64,000 bases of DNA from Macrostomum lignano (taxonomy: Eukaryota), in assembly GCA_002269645.1 (NCBI GenBank), contig NIVC01000437.1:1-64000 (forward strand), given 5' to 3'. The position numbers and the translations under genes were made by a program. Below, in pieces: positions 1-11,165 of this stretch. Below the pieces are notes generated by a model that was not told where the DNA came from, did no database searches, and saw nothing but the letters and a program-made list of their open reading frames with translations. The number at the start of each line of letters is the position of its first letter. The first letter of the stretch is position 1.

Positions 1-2617
1 TGACTTCAATATTATACTATTAGACGTATTTATTCATACAGATTCATACATATCTGACACACATTTGTCCAAAAATGACACTTTGGATTTGTATGATATA
101 ATGAATAAAACACTGATGTAAATCATTGTTATAAATTACTTTTGTACCTACAAACCAATACGTAGTAACTTTAAGCTTATTATGTATGCATTACTATTCT
201 CTGATATATTTGTCTACTTTATAGCATATAAAAATGTGTGAGTGCAATGTATGTGAAAAAGATTCAGTTAATTATTATTATTTTTATATATTTATTTTAT
301 CTATTCTTTAATCCTTTCTCTTACCTTTCTTTCTTATTGCCTATTCATTCTTCTTTCTACTCTTATCTGCCCCTCAGCCTTTATCTGGCTCTCTCTCATA
401 TACTCTCCCAGTTGTGCTCTTAAGGGACATAGTACTCTCATAGTTTTTCATTCTATGGCCTACTTGTTGACTGCTTTGATTGCATCATCTTTCTAGCCAA
501 TTTTTCAGTCTTGAGAAAAACTACATGTATACATTTTTAGCTCCACAGTGCCACATATCTGATATTGTGGCTAACCTAGGGCTGATGCTTTAAAGTTTGT
601 TTAATTAGTAACTAATCATATATATAAACCTTTGCCTAAGAAAATAATACAAGTCAATGAAATAGTCTTTTTAAAAATGAATGATTATTTAAAAGGACCC
701 TAAACTAACAAGAATACAATCCACTTTGGTAACAGCCACTTCGGTAAAGCAGATTTATGACTTTTAGCACTTTTTCTTTATGTTAATTTTTTAGTAACTA
801 TTAATTAAATTAATCATTAACTTGTTTAGTACTTTATTGCTGATTACCATTCAATTTTTTCTGATTAGGATATATTATACATGTAATTTGTTTCAACTTG
901 AACAGATAGAATATATAACAGCGGAGACTTAGAGAGATCAATGAAAGTAATTAATGACAAATAAATTAAAGTAAATACTGAAATTTCACATTTCTAACTC
1001 AAAGTAATTCTAATTACACAATACTTTGGTAATTACAAGTTTTATAGGTTGTATCATAACATATCTTGAGTATCAAGCGCACCTGGAAATTTAAATAGAT
1101 TGATCAAAACACATTAAAACAATTTTATCATTGTTGGCTAAATCATTGTCTAGGCCTAAAACATTATTTTTTGTCTCAAAAACTATTTGAAATTATTTTT
1201 TAGAGCACATTAAGATACATATTGTTATATCTCCTCCCTTGTTACCAAAATGGACTGTTACCACTAACAATACATTAAATACAAGTGCTAAAAATCCTAG
1301 GAGCTAAAGTGGCTAAAATAAAGGAGAAAGTCTCAAAAATCTTCCAAATAAAGCCAGGAGATAAAGGAGATAAAGGAAGGTGTAGGCACCCTGCATTTAT
1401 CCACTTATTCTATTGAATCAAATATACTAAATATCTATACTAGGCCTATACTATTTTTGTATAGCATGTTCTCTAAGGGCTGCAGGGCAAAGCATTCAAA
1501 AAGGACAAAAAAGTGAAAAAAATTAATCATGAATATCATGGAAGAATATAGATATAGCCTATAGACTATAGTGTATAGCCTTGCAAGGCTTGCAATTGCA
1601 ATTTAGCCTTGCAATTTTAACCATAAGCTTATAGTTAAAATTGCCTTGGTTGACTTGCAATAGTTTTGGGCCACTTATTCATCTTGTTAATATTAGTGAT
1701 AAGTCTTGGCCAGGGGGTGCATGACCAAGATGGCCACACACCAAGATGGCCACAGTTTATTAAAATGTCTAAATAGATAATATGATGCTCATTTCCTTAT
1801 TATAATTGGTCACAATTGGTCTTAAGGTATGTCTGTGAGAGCTGTGTCTTATTTGCCCTATAACTATAAGCCAAGTTTTAACATGAAGATTAAATAAAGA
1901 TCAAGATCCACTATTTGCAAACTCAATATTTTAAGTTAAAAAGGCAATAAATATATGCTCGAACAATTTAAACCCACCTGCAACTTGGCTAGATACTAAA
2001 TTTTCCAAAAGGGCTTTCCAGACATGAGTCCAAAAATTGAAGTAAGCAGAAGCAAGTAACTGTATAATTATCCACGAAACTAAAAATGAAGTGTCTGTAT
2101 GTATGCAAGTATATCTAATAGTAAGTAAGTAAGCTTGGCTCAGGCAAGAAGCCTGTTTGGCCAGTATATGTCAGTGTATTTATTATTAATAATAATTCAA
2201 TAGATAAACTAGATATGAGCGGCTAATTCGGCAATAATATAGTATTTGAAAGAGTGTTAATATTTTTTTCTACGAAACTTCAAACGATCTTTAACGATAA
2301 ACCCGCCGCGGAAGCCATGCAAATTTCGCGACAGAATCCCCAAATCAGCATTTGAAGTTGCTTACTATCATTTTAAAGCTATCGCTGCTGTAGTAAGTAC
2401 TTTAGTCACTTTTTGATGTATTAATTTCCATTGCCAATGAATGGGGCTCAAGAGTATACTAATAGTAGACTTGTTTTATAAACGATTAGAACATTTGTCC
2501 AAAAACGACACTTTTGATATTTTAATCCCAAATGGATAAAAATGAAAATCATTGCTACGAAAACTATGATTAATGTGCATGAAAATACAAAATAGAATAA
2601 AAAATACTATGAGATAT

Positions 2618-5600
2618 CTCAAATCGGCGCTGGAAAGCTCAAATTGGCGCGGAAAGCTCAAATTGGCGCCGAAAGTCAAATTTGGCGCCAGGATCACCAA
2701 ATCGGCGCCAGTATCGCCAAATCAGCGCCGGAATGCTGAAATCAGCGCTAAAAAGCCCGGACCAGCGATGGAAAGCTCAAATCGGCGCTGGAAAGCTCAA
2801 ATTGGCGCGGAAAGCTCAAATTGGCGCCAAAAGTCAAATTTGGCGCCAGGATCACCAAATCGGCGCCAGTATCGCCAAATCAGCGCTGGAATGCTGAAAT
2901 CAGCGCTAAAAAGCCCGGACCAGCGCTGGAAAGCTCAAATCGGCGCTGGAAAGCTCAAATTGGCGCGGGAAAGCTCAAATTGGCGCCGAAAGTCAAATTT
3001 GGCGCCAGGATCACCAAATTTGGCGCCAGTATCGCCAAATCAGCGCCGGAATGCTGAAAACAGCGCTAAAAAGCCCGGACCAGCGCTGGAAAGCTCAAAT
3101 TGGCGCGGAAAGCTTAAATTGGCGCCGAAAGCCAAATTTGGCGCCAGGATCACCAAATCGGCGCCAGTATCGCCAAATCAGCGCCGGAATGCTGAAAACA
3201 GCGCTAAAAAGCCGGACCAGCGCTGGAAAGCTCAAATTGGCGCGGAAAGCTTAAATTGGCGCCGAAAGCCAAATTTGGCGCCAGGATCACCAAATCGGCG
3301 CCAGTATCGCCAAATCAGCGCCGGAATGCTGAAAACAGCGCTAAAAAGCCCGGACCAGCGCTGGAAAGCTCAAATCGGCGCTGGAAAGCTCAAATTGGCG
3401 CGGAAAGCTCAAATTGGCGCCGAAAGTCAAATTTGGCGCCAGGATCACCAAATCGGCGCCAGTATCGCCAAATCAGCGCCGGAATGCTGAAAACAGCGCT
3501 AAAAAGCCCGGACCAGCGATGGAAAGCTCAAATCGGCGCTGGAAAGCTCAAATTGGCGCCGAAAGCCAAATTTGGCGCCAGGATCACCAAATCGGCGCCA
3601 GTATCGCCAAATCAGCGCGGAATGCTGAAAACAGCGCTAAAAAGCCCGGACCAGCGCTGGAAAGCTCAAATTGGCGCGGAAAGCTTAAATTGGCGCCGAA
3701 AGCCAAATTTGGCGCCAGGATCACCAAATCGGCGCCAGTATCGCCAAATCAGCGCCGGAATGCTGAAAACAGCGCTAAAAAGCCCGGACCAGCGCTGGAA
3801 AGCTCAAATTGGCGCGGAAAGCTTAAATTGGCGCCGAAAGCCAAATTTGGCGCCAGGATCACCAAATCGGCGCCAGTATCGCCAAATCAGCGCCGGAATG
3901 CTGAAAACAGCGCTAAAAAGCCCGGACCAGCGCTGGAAAGCTCAAATCGGCGCTGGAAAGCTCAAATTGGCGCGGAAAGCTCAAATTGGCGCCGAAAGTC
4001 AAATTTGGCGCCAGGATCACCAAATCGGCGCCAGTATCGCCAAATCAGCGCCGGAATGCTGAAATCAGCGCTAAAAAGCCCGGACCAGCGCTGGAAAGCT
4101 CAAATCGGCGCTGGAAAGCTCAAATTGGCGCGGAAAGCTCAAATTGGCGCCGAAAGTCAAATTTGGCGCCAGGATCACCAAATCGGCGCCAGTATCGCCA
4201 AATCAGCGCTGGAATGCTGAAAACAGCGCTAAAAAGCCCGGACCAGCGCTGGAAAGCTCAAATTGGCGCGGAAAGCTTAAATTGGCGCCGAAAGCCAAAT
4301 TTGGCGCCAGGATCACCAAATCGGCGCCAGTATCGCCAAATCAGCGCCGGAATGCTGAAAACAGCGCTAAAAAGCCCGGACCAGCGCTGGAAAGCTCAAA
4401 TTGGCGCGGAAAGCTTAAATTGGCGCCGAAAGCCAAATTTGGCGCCAGGATCACCAAATCGGCGCCAGTATCGCCAAATCAGCGCCGGAATGCTGAAAAC
4501 AGCGCTAAAAAGCCCGGACCAGCGCTGGAAAGCTCAAATCGGCGCTGGAAAGCTCAAATTGGCGCGGAAAGCTCAAATTGGCGCCGAAAGCCAAATTTGG
4601 CGCCAGGATCACCAAATCGGCGCCAGTATCGCCAAATCAGCGCTGGAATGCTGAAATCAGCGCTAAAAAGCCCGGACCAGCGCTGGAAAGCTCAAATCGG
4701 CGCTGGAAAGCTCAAATTGGCGCGGAAAGCTCAAATTGGCGCCGAAAGTCAAATTTGGCGCCAGGATCACCAAATCGGCGCCAGTATCGCCAAATCAGCG
4801 CTGGAATGCTGAAATCAGCGCTAAAAAGCCCGGACCAGCGCTGGAAAGCTCAAATCGGCGCTGGAAAGCTCAAATTGGCGCGGAAAGCTCAAATTGGCGC
4901 CGAAAGTCAAATTTGGCGCCAGGATCACCAAATCGGCGCCAGTATCGCCAAATCAGCGCCGGAATGCTGAAAACAGCGCTAAAAAGCCCGGACCAGCGCT
5001 GGAAAGCTCAAATTGGCGCGGAAAGCTTAAATTGGCGCCGAAAGCCAAATTTGGCGCCAGGATCACCAAATCGGCGCCAGTATCGCCAAATCAGCGCCGG
5101 AATGCTGAAAACAGCGCTAAAAAGCCCGGACCAGCGCTGGAAAGCTCAAATTGGCGCGGAAAGCTTAAATTGGCGCCGAAAGCCAAATTTGGCGCCAGGA
5201 TCACCAAATCGGCGCCAGTATCGCCAAATCAGCGCCGGAATGCTGAAAACAGCGCTAAAAAGCCCGGACCAGCGATGGAAAGCTCAAATCGGCGCTGGAA
5301 AGCTCAAATTGGCGCGGAAAGCTCAAATTGGCGCCAAAAGTCAAATTTGGCGCCAGGATCACCAAATCGGCGCCAGTATCGCCAAATCAGCGCCGGAATG
5401 CTGAAAACAGCGCTAAAAAGCCCGGACCAGCGCTGGAAAGCTCAAATTGGCGCGGAAAGCTCAAATTGGCGCCGAAAGCCAAATTTGGCGCCAGGATCAC
5501 CAAATCGGCGCCAGTATCGCCAAATCAGCGCCGGAATGCTGAAAACAGCGCTAAAAAGCCCGGACCAGCGCTGGAAAGCTCAAATCGGCGCTGGAAAGCT

Positions 5601-8600
5601 CAAATTGGCGCGGAAAGCTCAAATTGGCGCCGAAAGCCAAATTTGGCGCCAGGATCACCAAATCGGCGCCAGTATCCCTTAATCAGCGCTGGAATGCTGA
5701 AATCAGCGCTAAAAAGCCCGGACCAGCGCTGGAAAGCTCAAATCGGCGCTGGAAAGCTCAAATTGGCGCGGAAAGCTCAAATTGGCGCCGAAAGTCAAAT
5801 TTGGCGCCAGGATCACCAAATCGGCGCCAGTATCGCCAAATCAGCGCCGGAATGCTGAAAACAGCGCTAAAAAGCCCGGACCAGCGCTGGAAAGCTCAAA
5901 TTGGCGCGGAAAGCTTAAATTGGCGCCAAAGCCAAATTTGGCGCCAGGATCACCAAATCGGCGCCAGTATCGCCAAATCAGCGCCGGAATGCTGAAAACA
6001 GCGCTAAAAAGCCCGGACCAGCGCTGGAAAGCTCAAATTGGCGCGGAAAGCTTAAATTGGCGCCAAAGCCAAATTTGGCGCCAGGATCACCAAATCGGCG
6101 CCAGTATCGCCAAATCAGCGCCGGAATGCTGAAAACAGCGCTAAAAAGCCCGGACCAGCGATGGAAAGCTCAAATCGGCGCTGGAAAGCTCAAATTGGCG
6201 CGGAAAGCTCAAATTGGCGCCAAAGTCAAATTTGGCGCCAGGATCACCAAATCGGCGCCAGTATCGCCAAATCAGCGCTGGAATGCTGAAATCAGCGCTA
6301 AAAAGCCCGGACCAGCGCTGGAAAGCTCAAATCGGCGCTGGAAAGCTCAAATTGGCGCGGAAAGCTCAAATTGGCGCCGAAAGTCAAATTTGGCGCCAGG
6401 ATCACCAAATCGGCGCCAGGATCGCCGGAATGCTGAAATCAGCGCTAAAAAGCCCGGACCAGCGCTGGAAAGCTCAAATCGGCGCTGGAAAGCTCAAATT
6501 GGCGCGGAAAGCTCAAATTGGCGCCGAAAGTCAAATTTGGCGCCAGGATCACCAAATCGGCGCCAGGATCCCAATCAGCGCTGGAATGCTGAAATCAGCG
6601 CTAAAAAGCCCGGACCAGCGCTGGAAAGCTCAAATCGGCGCTGGAAAGCTCAAATTGGCGCGGAAAGCTCAAATTGGCGCCGAAAGTCAAATTTGGCGCC
6701 AGGATCACCAAATCGGCGCCAGTATCGCCAAATCAGCGCCGGAATGCTGAAATCAGCGCTAAAAAGCCCGGACCAGCGCTGGAAAGCTCAAATCGGCGCT
6801 GGAAAGCTCAAATTGGCGCGGAAAGCTCAAATTGGCGCCGAAAGTCAAATTTGGCGCCAGGATCACCAAATCGGCGCCAGTATCGCCAAATCAGCGCCGG
6901 AATGCTGAAAACAGCGCTAAAAAGCCCGGACCAGCGCTGGAAAGCTCAAATCGGCGCTGGAAAGCTCAAATTGGCGCGGAAAGCTCAAATTGGCGCCAAA
7001 GTCAAATTTGGCGCCAGGATCACCAAATCGGCGCCAGTATCGCCAAATCAGCGCCGGAATGCTGAAAACAGCGCTAAAAAGCCCGGACCAGCGCTGGAAA
7101 GCTCAAATTGGCGCGGAAAGCTCAAATTGGCGCCAAAGCCAAATTTGGCGCCAGGATCACCAAATCGGCGCCAGTATCGCCAAATCAGCGCCGGAATGCT
7201 GAAAACAGCGCTAAAAAGCCCGGACCAGCGCTGGAAAGCTCAAATCGGCGCTGGAAAGCTCAAATTGGCGCGGAAAGCTCAAATTGGCGCTGAAAGTCAA
7301 ATTTGGCGCCAGGATCACCAAATCGGCGCCAGTATCGCCAAATCAGCGCTGGAATGCTGAAATCAGCGCTAAAAAGCCCGGACCAGCGCTGGAAAGCTCA
7401 AATCGGCGCTGGAAAGCTCAAATTGGCGCGGAAAGCTCAAATTGGCGCCGAAAGTCAAATTTGGCGCCAGGATCACCAAATCGGCGCCAGGATCGCCTGG
7501 AATGCTGAAATCAGCGCTAAAAAGCCCGGACCAGCGCTGGAAAGCTCAAATCGGCGCTGGAAAGCTCAAATTGGCGCGGAAAGCTCAAATTGGCGCCGAA
7601 AGTCAAATTTGGCGCCAGGATCACCAAATCGGCGCCAGGATCGCCAAATCAGCGCTGGAATGCTGAAATCAGCGCTAAAAAGCCCGGACCAGCGCTGGAA
7701 AGCTCAAATCGGCGCTGGAAAGCTCAAATTGGCGCGGAAAGCTCAAATTGGCGCCGAAAGTCAAATTTGGCGCCAGGATCACCAAATCGGCGCCAGTATC
7801 GCCAAATCAGCGCCGGAATGCTGAAATCAGCGCTAAAAAGCCCGGACCAGCGCTGGAAAGCTCAAATCGGCGCTGGAAAGCTCAAATTGGCGCGGAAAGC
7901 TCAAATTGGCGCCGAAAGTCAAATTTGGCGCCAGGATCACCAAATCGGCGCCAGTATCGCCAAATCAGCGCCGGAATGCTGAAAACAGCGCTAAAAAGCC
8001 CGGACCAGCGCTGGAAAGCTCAAATCGGCGCTGGAAAGCTCAAATTGGCGCGGAAAGCTCAAATTGGCGCGAAAGTCAAATTTGGCGCCAGGATCACCAA
8101 ATCGGCGCCAGTATCGCCAAATCAGCGCCGGAATGCTGAAAACAGCGCTAAAAAGCCCGGACCAGCGCTGGAAAGCTCAAATCGGCGCTGGAAAGCTCAA
8201 ATTGGCGCGGGAAAGCTCAAATTGGCGCCGAAAGTCAAATTTGGCGCCAGGATCACCAAATCGGCGCCAGTATCGCCAAATCAGCGCCGGAATGCTGAAA
8301 ACAGCGCTAAAAAGCCCGGACCAGCGCTGGAAAGCTCAAATCGGCGCTGGAAAGCTCAAATTGGCGCGGGAAAGCTCAAATTGGCGCCGAAAGTCAAATT
8401 TGGCGCCAGGATCACCAAATCGGCGCAAATCAGCGCCGGAATGCTGAAAACAGCGCTAAAAAGCCCGGACCAGCGCTGGAAAGCTCAAATCGGCGCTGGA
8501 AAGCTCAAATTGGCGCGGGAAAGCTCAAATTGGCGCCGAAAGTCAAATTTGGCGCCAGGATCACCAAATCAGCGCCGGAATGCTGAAAACAGCGCTAAAA

Positions 8601-8995
8601 AGCCCGGACCAGCGCTGGAAAGCTCAAATCGGCGCTGGAAAGCTCAAATTGGCGCGGAAAGCTCAAATTGGCGCCGAAAGTCAAATTTGGCTCAAAATCG
8701 GCGCTGGAAAGCGCTCAAATTGGCGCGGAAAGCTCAAATCGGCGCTGGAAAGCTCAAATTGGCGCGAAAGCTCAAATTTCAAATTTGGCGCTAGGATCAC
8801 CAAATCGGCGCCAGTATCGCAAAATCAGCGCCGGAATGCTGAAAACAGCGCTAAAAAGCCCGGACCAGCGCTGGAAAGCTCAAATCGGCGCTGGAAAGCT
8901 CAAATTGGCGCGGAAAGCTCAAATTGGCGCCGAAAGTCAAATTTGGCGCCAGGATCACCAAATCGGCGCCAGGATCCCTTAATCAGCGCTGGAAT
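2618..8995. repeat. Tandem satellite, about 42 monomers of 158 bp and 138 bp built from ~20-bp AAATYGGCGC sub-repeats
   Basis: The AGGATC anchor recurs at 4921, 5059, 5197 and 5355 (138, 138, 158 bp apart). The short monomer lacks one 20-bp AAATCGGCGCTGGAAAGCTC sub-repeat. Copy number is estimated from array length. Confidence 0.97.
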
Positions 8996-9041
8996 GTGCC
9001 AACGGGCGTAGAAGTGGCAGCATATATCAGCTTGCTACTTT

Positions 9042-9102
9042 TGGGCGCCAATTTTAATTTACCGGCGCCAATTTTAGCCTTTCGGCGCCCATTTTAGCGC
9101 CC
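9042..9102 (-). repeat. Short inverted remnant of the satellite sub-repeat
   Basis: GGCGCCAATTTT x2, GGCGCCCATTTT and TTTAGCGCC are reverse-complement versions of the satellite motifs AAATTGGCGCC and GCGCTAAA. Confidence 0.7.
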
Positions 9103-9244
9103 TGGCAAGGTCATTGCATTTAGTTCTCACGCAATGGAGCCGAAAAAAGAGTTTTTTTTCTTTTTTGAATTAGTGCCATGTATCTTGACAACCAATGCGA
9201 GTCAAGTTCTGGCGTCTGCTTCTCCACAGCCCCGTAATGGCATA

Positions 9245-9381
9245 TCCTAATAATTGTGGGCTGGCCCGCGCTAAGGGAGCCCACCCCACCGTGGGGCGGA
9301 CCCCGCTAACGGGCTATTTTTAGCGTGGGATGGGCTCCGCTAACGGGCGGCCATAAACTGCCCCGGCCCTGACTCTGGGGG
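9245..9381 (-). mobile_element. Possible DNA-transposon (hAT-like) terminus
   Basis: The minus strand starts CAGGGCCGGGGCAG; CCGCTAACGGG/AACGGG motifs repeat internally. No matching second terminus or target duplication was found in the window. Confidence 0.25.
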
Positions 9382-9888
9382 CGTGTCTCGAATATCCTGG
9401 GCTGGATATTTTACTTTGCACCTACATTATATGCTTAATTTTGCATACATATGTTGTATTATACTTAACTTCCAGTGTGTGTATTTTATCCTATGACCGA
9501 TATATACTTTGTGCCTGCGGGTTAATATGCAAAATGTATCGTTTAAAATGCGCCTACATTATATGCTATGTAATTTTCCTGTATTATACTCAATTTGCAC
9601 CTACATTGTGTGTATGTATGCACCTGCATTATACTGTGTGTATTTCCACCTATGTAGCGCCTACAGTACCTGCTTTGTCTATTTCTGCCCATGCACCTAC
9701 ATTGTGTGTTTTTGCTGCTCATATGCTCCAATATGTATTATGCGTCATTATTCACACCTACCAATATGTTTTATCTACTTTTTATGTAAATATACGCAAT
9801 TTCATCTACTATAAGTAGTTTTCACTAGCCTAATATCGCTGACTAGATATCTTACATATCGGGAGAGTGGTAGAGTGTACATATCGCG

Positions 9889-9980
9889 AGAGTGTACACT
9901 CGGGGTGCCTGCGGCTCGGTAGAGTGTACACTCGGGGTGCCTGCGGCTCGGTAGAGTGTACACTCGGGGTGCTTGCGGCA
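9889..9980. repeat. 32-bp GC-rich tandem repeat, about 2.8 copies, containing palindrome GAGTGTACACTC
   Basis: CGGGGTGCCTGCGGCTCGGTAGAGTGTACACT starts at 9901 and 9933, with a partial copy at 9965. Confidence 0.85.
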
Positions 9981-10175
9981 TGGGGCGCCTGCAGCATGGG
10001 GGCCTGCGACATACATATCGGAAGGGTGCGCATACATATCGGGAGGGTACCCCTGCGGGATGGGCGCCTGCTGCTCTGAAGGGTCGCCTGCGGCTCGGGA
10101 GGGTGCACATATCGGGAGGGTGCGCCTGCGGCGCTTGGCGCCACGCGCCTGCGGCGTGCGCGCGCCGAGCGCCGA

Positions 10176-10258
10176 TATCGATACGCGTATCGATCACCTA
10201 GTGATCGGGGCGCCAGCCAATGAGAGGCGAGGAGGGTTGACACCCACCCCGCCTCCAA
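10176..10258. promoter_or_regulatory. Promoter-like motif cluster: DRE-type TATCGATA in an 18-bp palindrome, a hairpin, a CCAAT box and a GC box
   Basis: ATCGATACGCGTATCGAT at 10177-10194 is a perfect palindrome. CGATCAC-CTA-GTGATCG at 10191-10207 is a hairpin. AGCCAATGAG and CCCCGCCTCC follow. Function is inferred only. Confidence 0.3.
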
Positions 10259-10859
10259 AACGCCCGGATAAATGCGTCCTTAGTAGTCCTGTCAAACCTT
10301 GTAAGCCTTGACATGTCAGCAATGGCCCCCATAAACCTTGAAATCTAAAAAATCCCCTGTTAACCTTGAAGCCCGATAAAATATAACCCTCAACCCACAC
10401 CTGACCTAAACCTTACTTTAACCCAACCTAAAGCCTTGAAATCTCAGCAATTCTTCTCCCCTAAGCCTTGACATTTTAGTGATTCTTTCTTTAAGATTCA
10501 CAGCACTATAACGATTTCCACCAAGCTTTGACATCGTAGCAATTCCCAAATGAATCTTTTAACTTCGACATGACTTTTCTTTTATGTATACATAGTGCTA
10601 CTTTTATTTTTTACATGACTTTTCTTCTATCAGCGCCCCCCGTGACGAGCCAACAAAGAATGCAATAAAAAATGGAGTAAAGTACATGAACTTTGAAGTA
10701 GCTTCTGACTTTTGCTTTGACATCTCAGAAACCCCCCCCCGTAATCTCAGTTATTCTCTGAGAGCCTTTACGTCTCAGTTTTTCTCCCCAGCACAGCATT
10801 ATAGTTGCATTTAATTTTTACATGAACCCTTCATGTCTGACATGACGTTTCTTTTATTC

Positions 10860-11165
10860 TACCGTGACGCTTCTTAATTTTTTAAATGACACTTTCATTA
10901 GTTTTAAATGAGGCTTCTATGATTTTTTCTTGACGCTTCTATGATTTTTACATGATGCTTCTATGATTGTTTACATGACGCTTCTATGATTTTTATATGA
11001 CGCTTCTACGATTTTTTACATGACGCTTCTATGATTGTTTACATGACGCTTCTATGATTGTTTACATGACGCTTCTATGATTTTTTAAATGATGCTTCTA
11101 TGATTTTGTAAATGACGCTTCTATGATTTTTTAAATGATGCTTCTATGATTTTGTAAATGACGCT
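10860..11165. repeat. 22-23-bp ACATGACGCTTCTATGATT(G/T)TTT minisatellite, short copy fused to the Rep truncation point
   Basis: Same unit as 18260-22410. Rep homology stops at ...VLCPS and the frame terminates inside this repeat. Confidence 0.9.

Noticed and set aside
1724-1756. CCAAGATGGCCACA twice (YY1-like sites)
   Set aside because: A short duplication with no nearby gene start; insufficient support.
2573-9011. Many overlapping 100-350-aa ORFs (MAPKVKFGARITKS...)
   Set aside because: These are translations of the satellite. The 158-bp monomer is not a multiple of 3, so frames rotate; there is no protein-family signal.
10288-11130. Remainder of the Helitron Pif1 helicase
   Set aside because: No Walker A or other helicase motifs were seen here or elsewhere in the window; the region is minisatellite plus non-coding 3' module.
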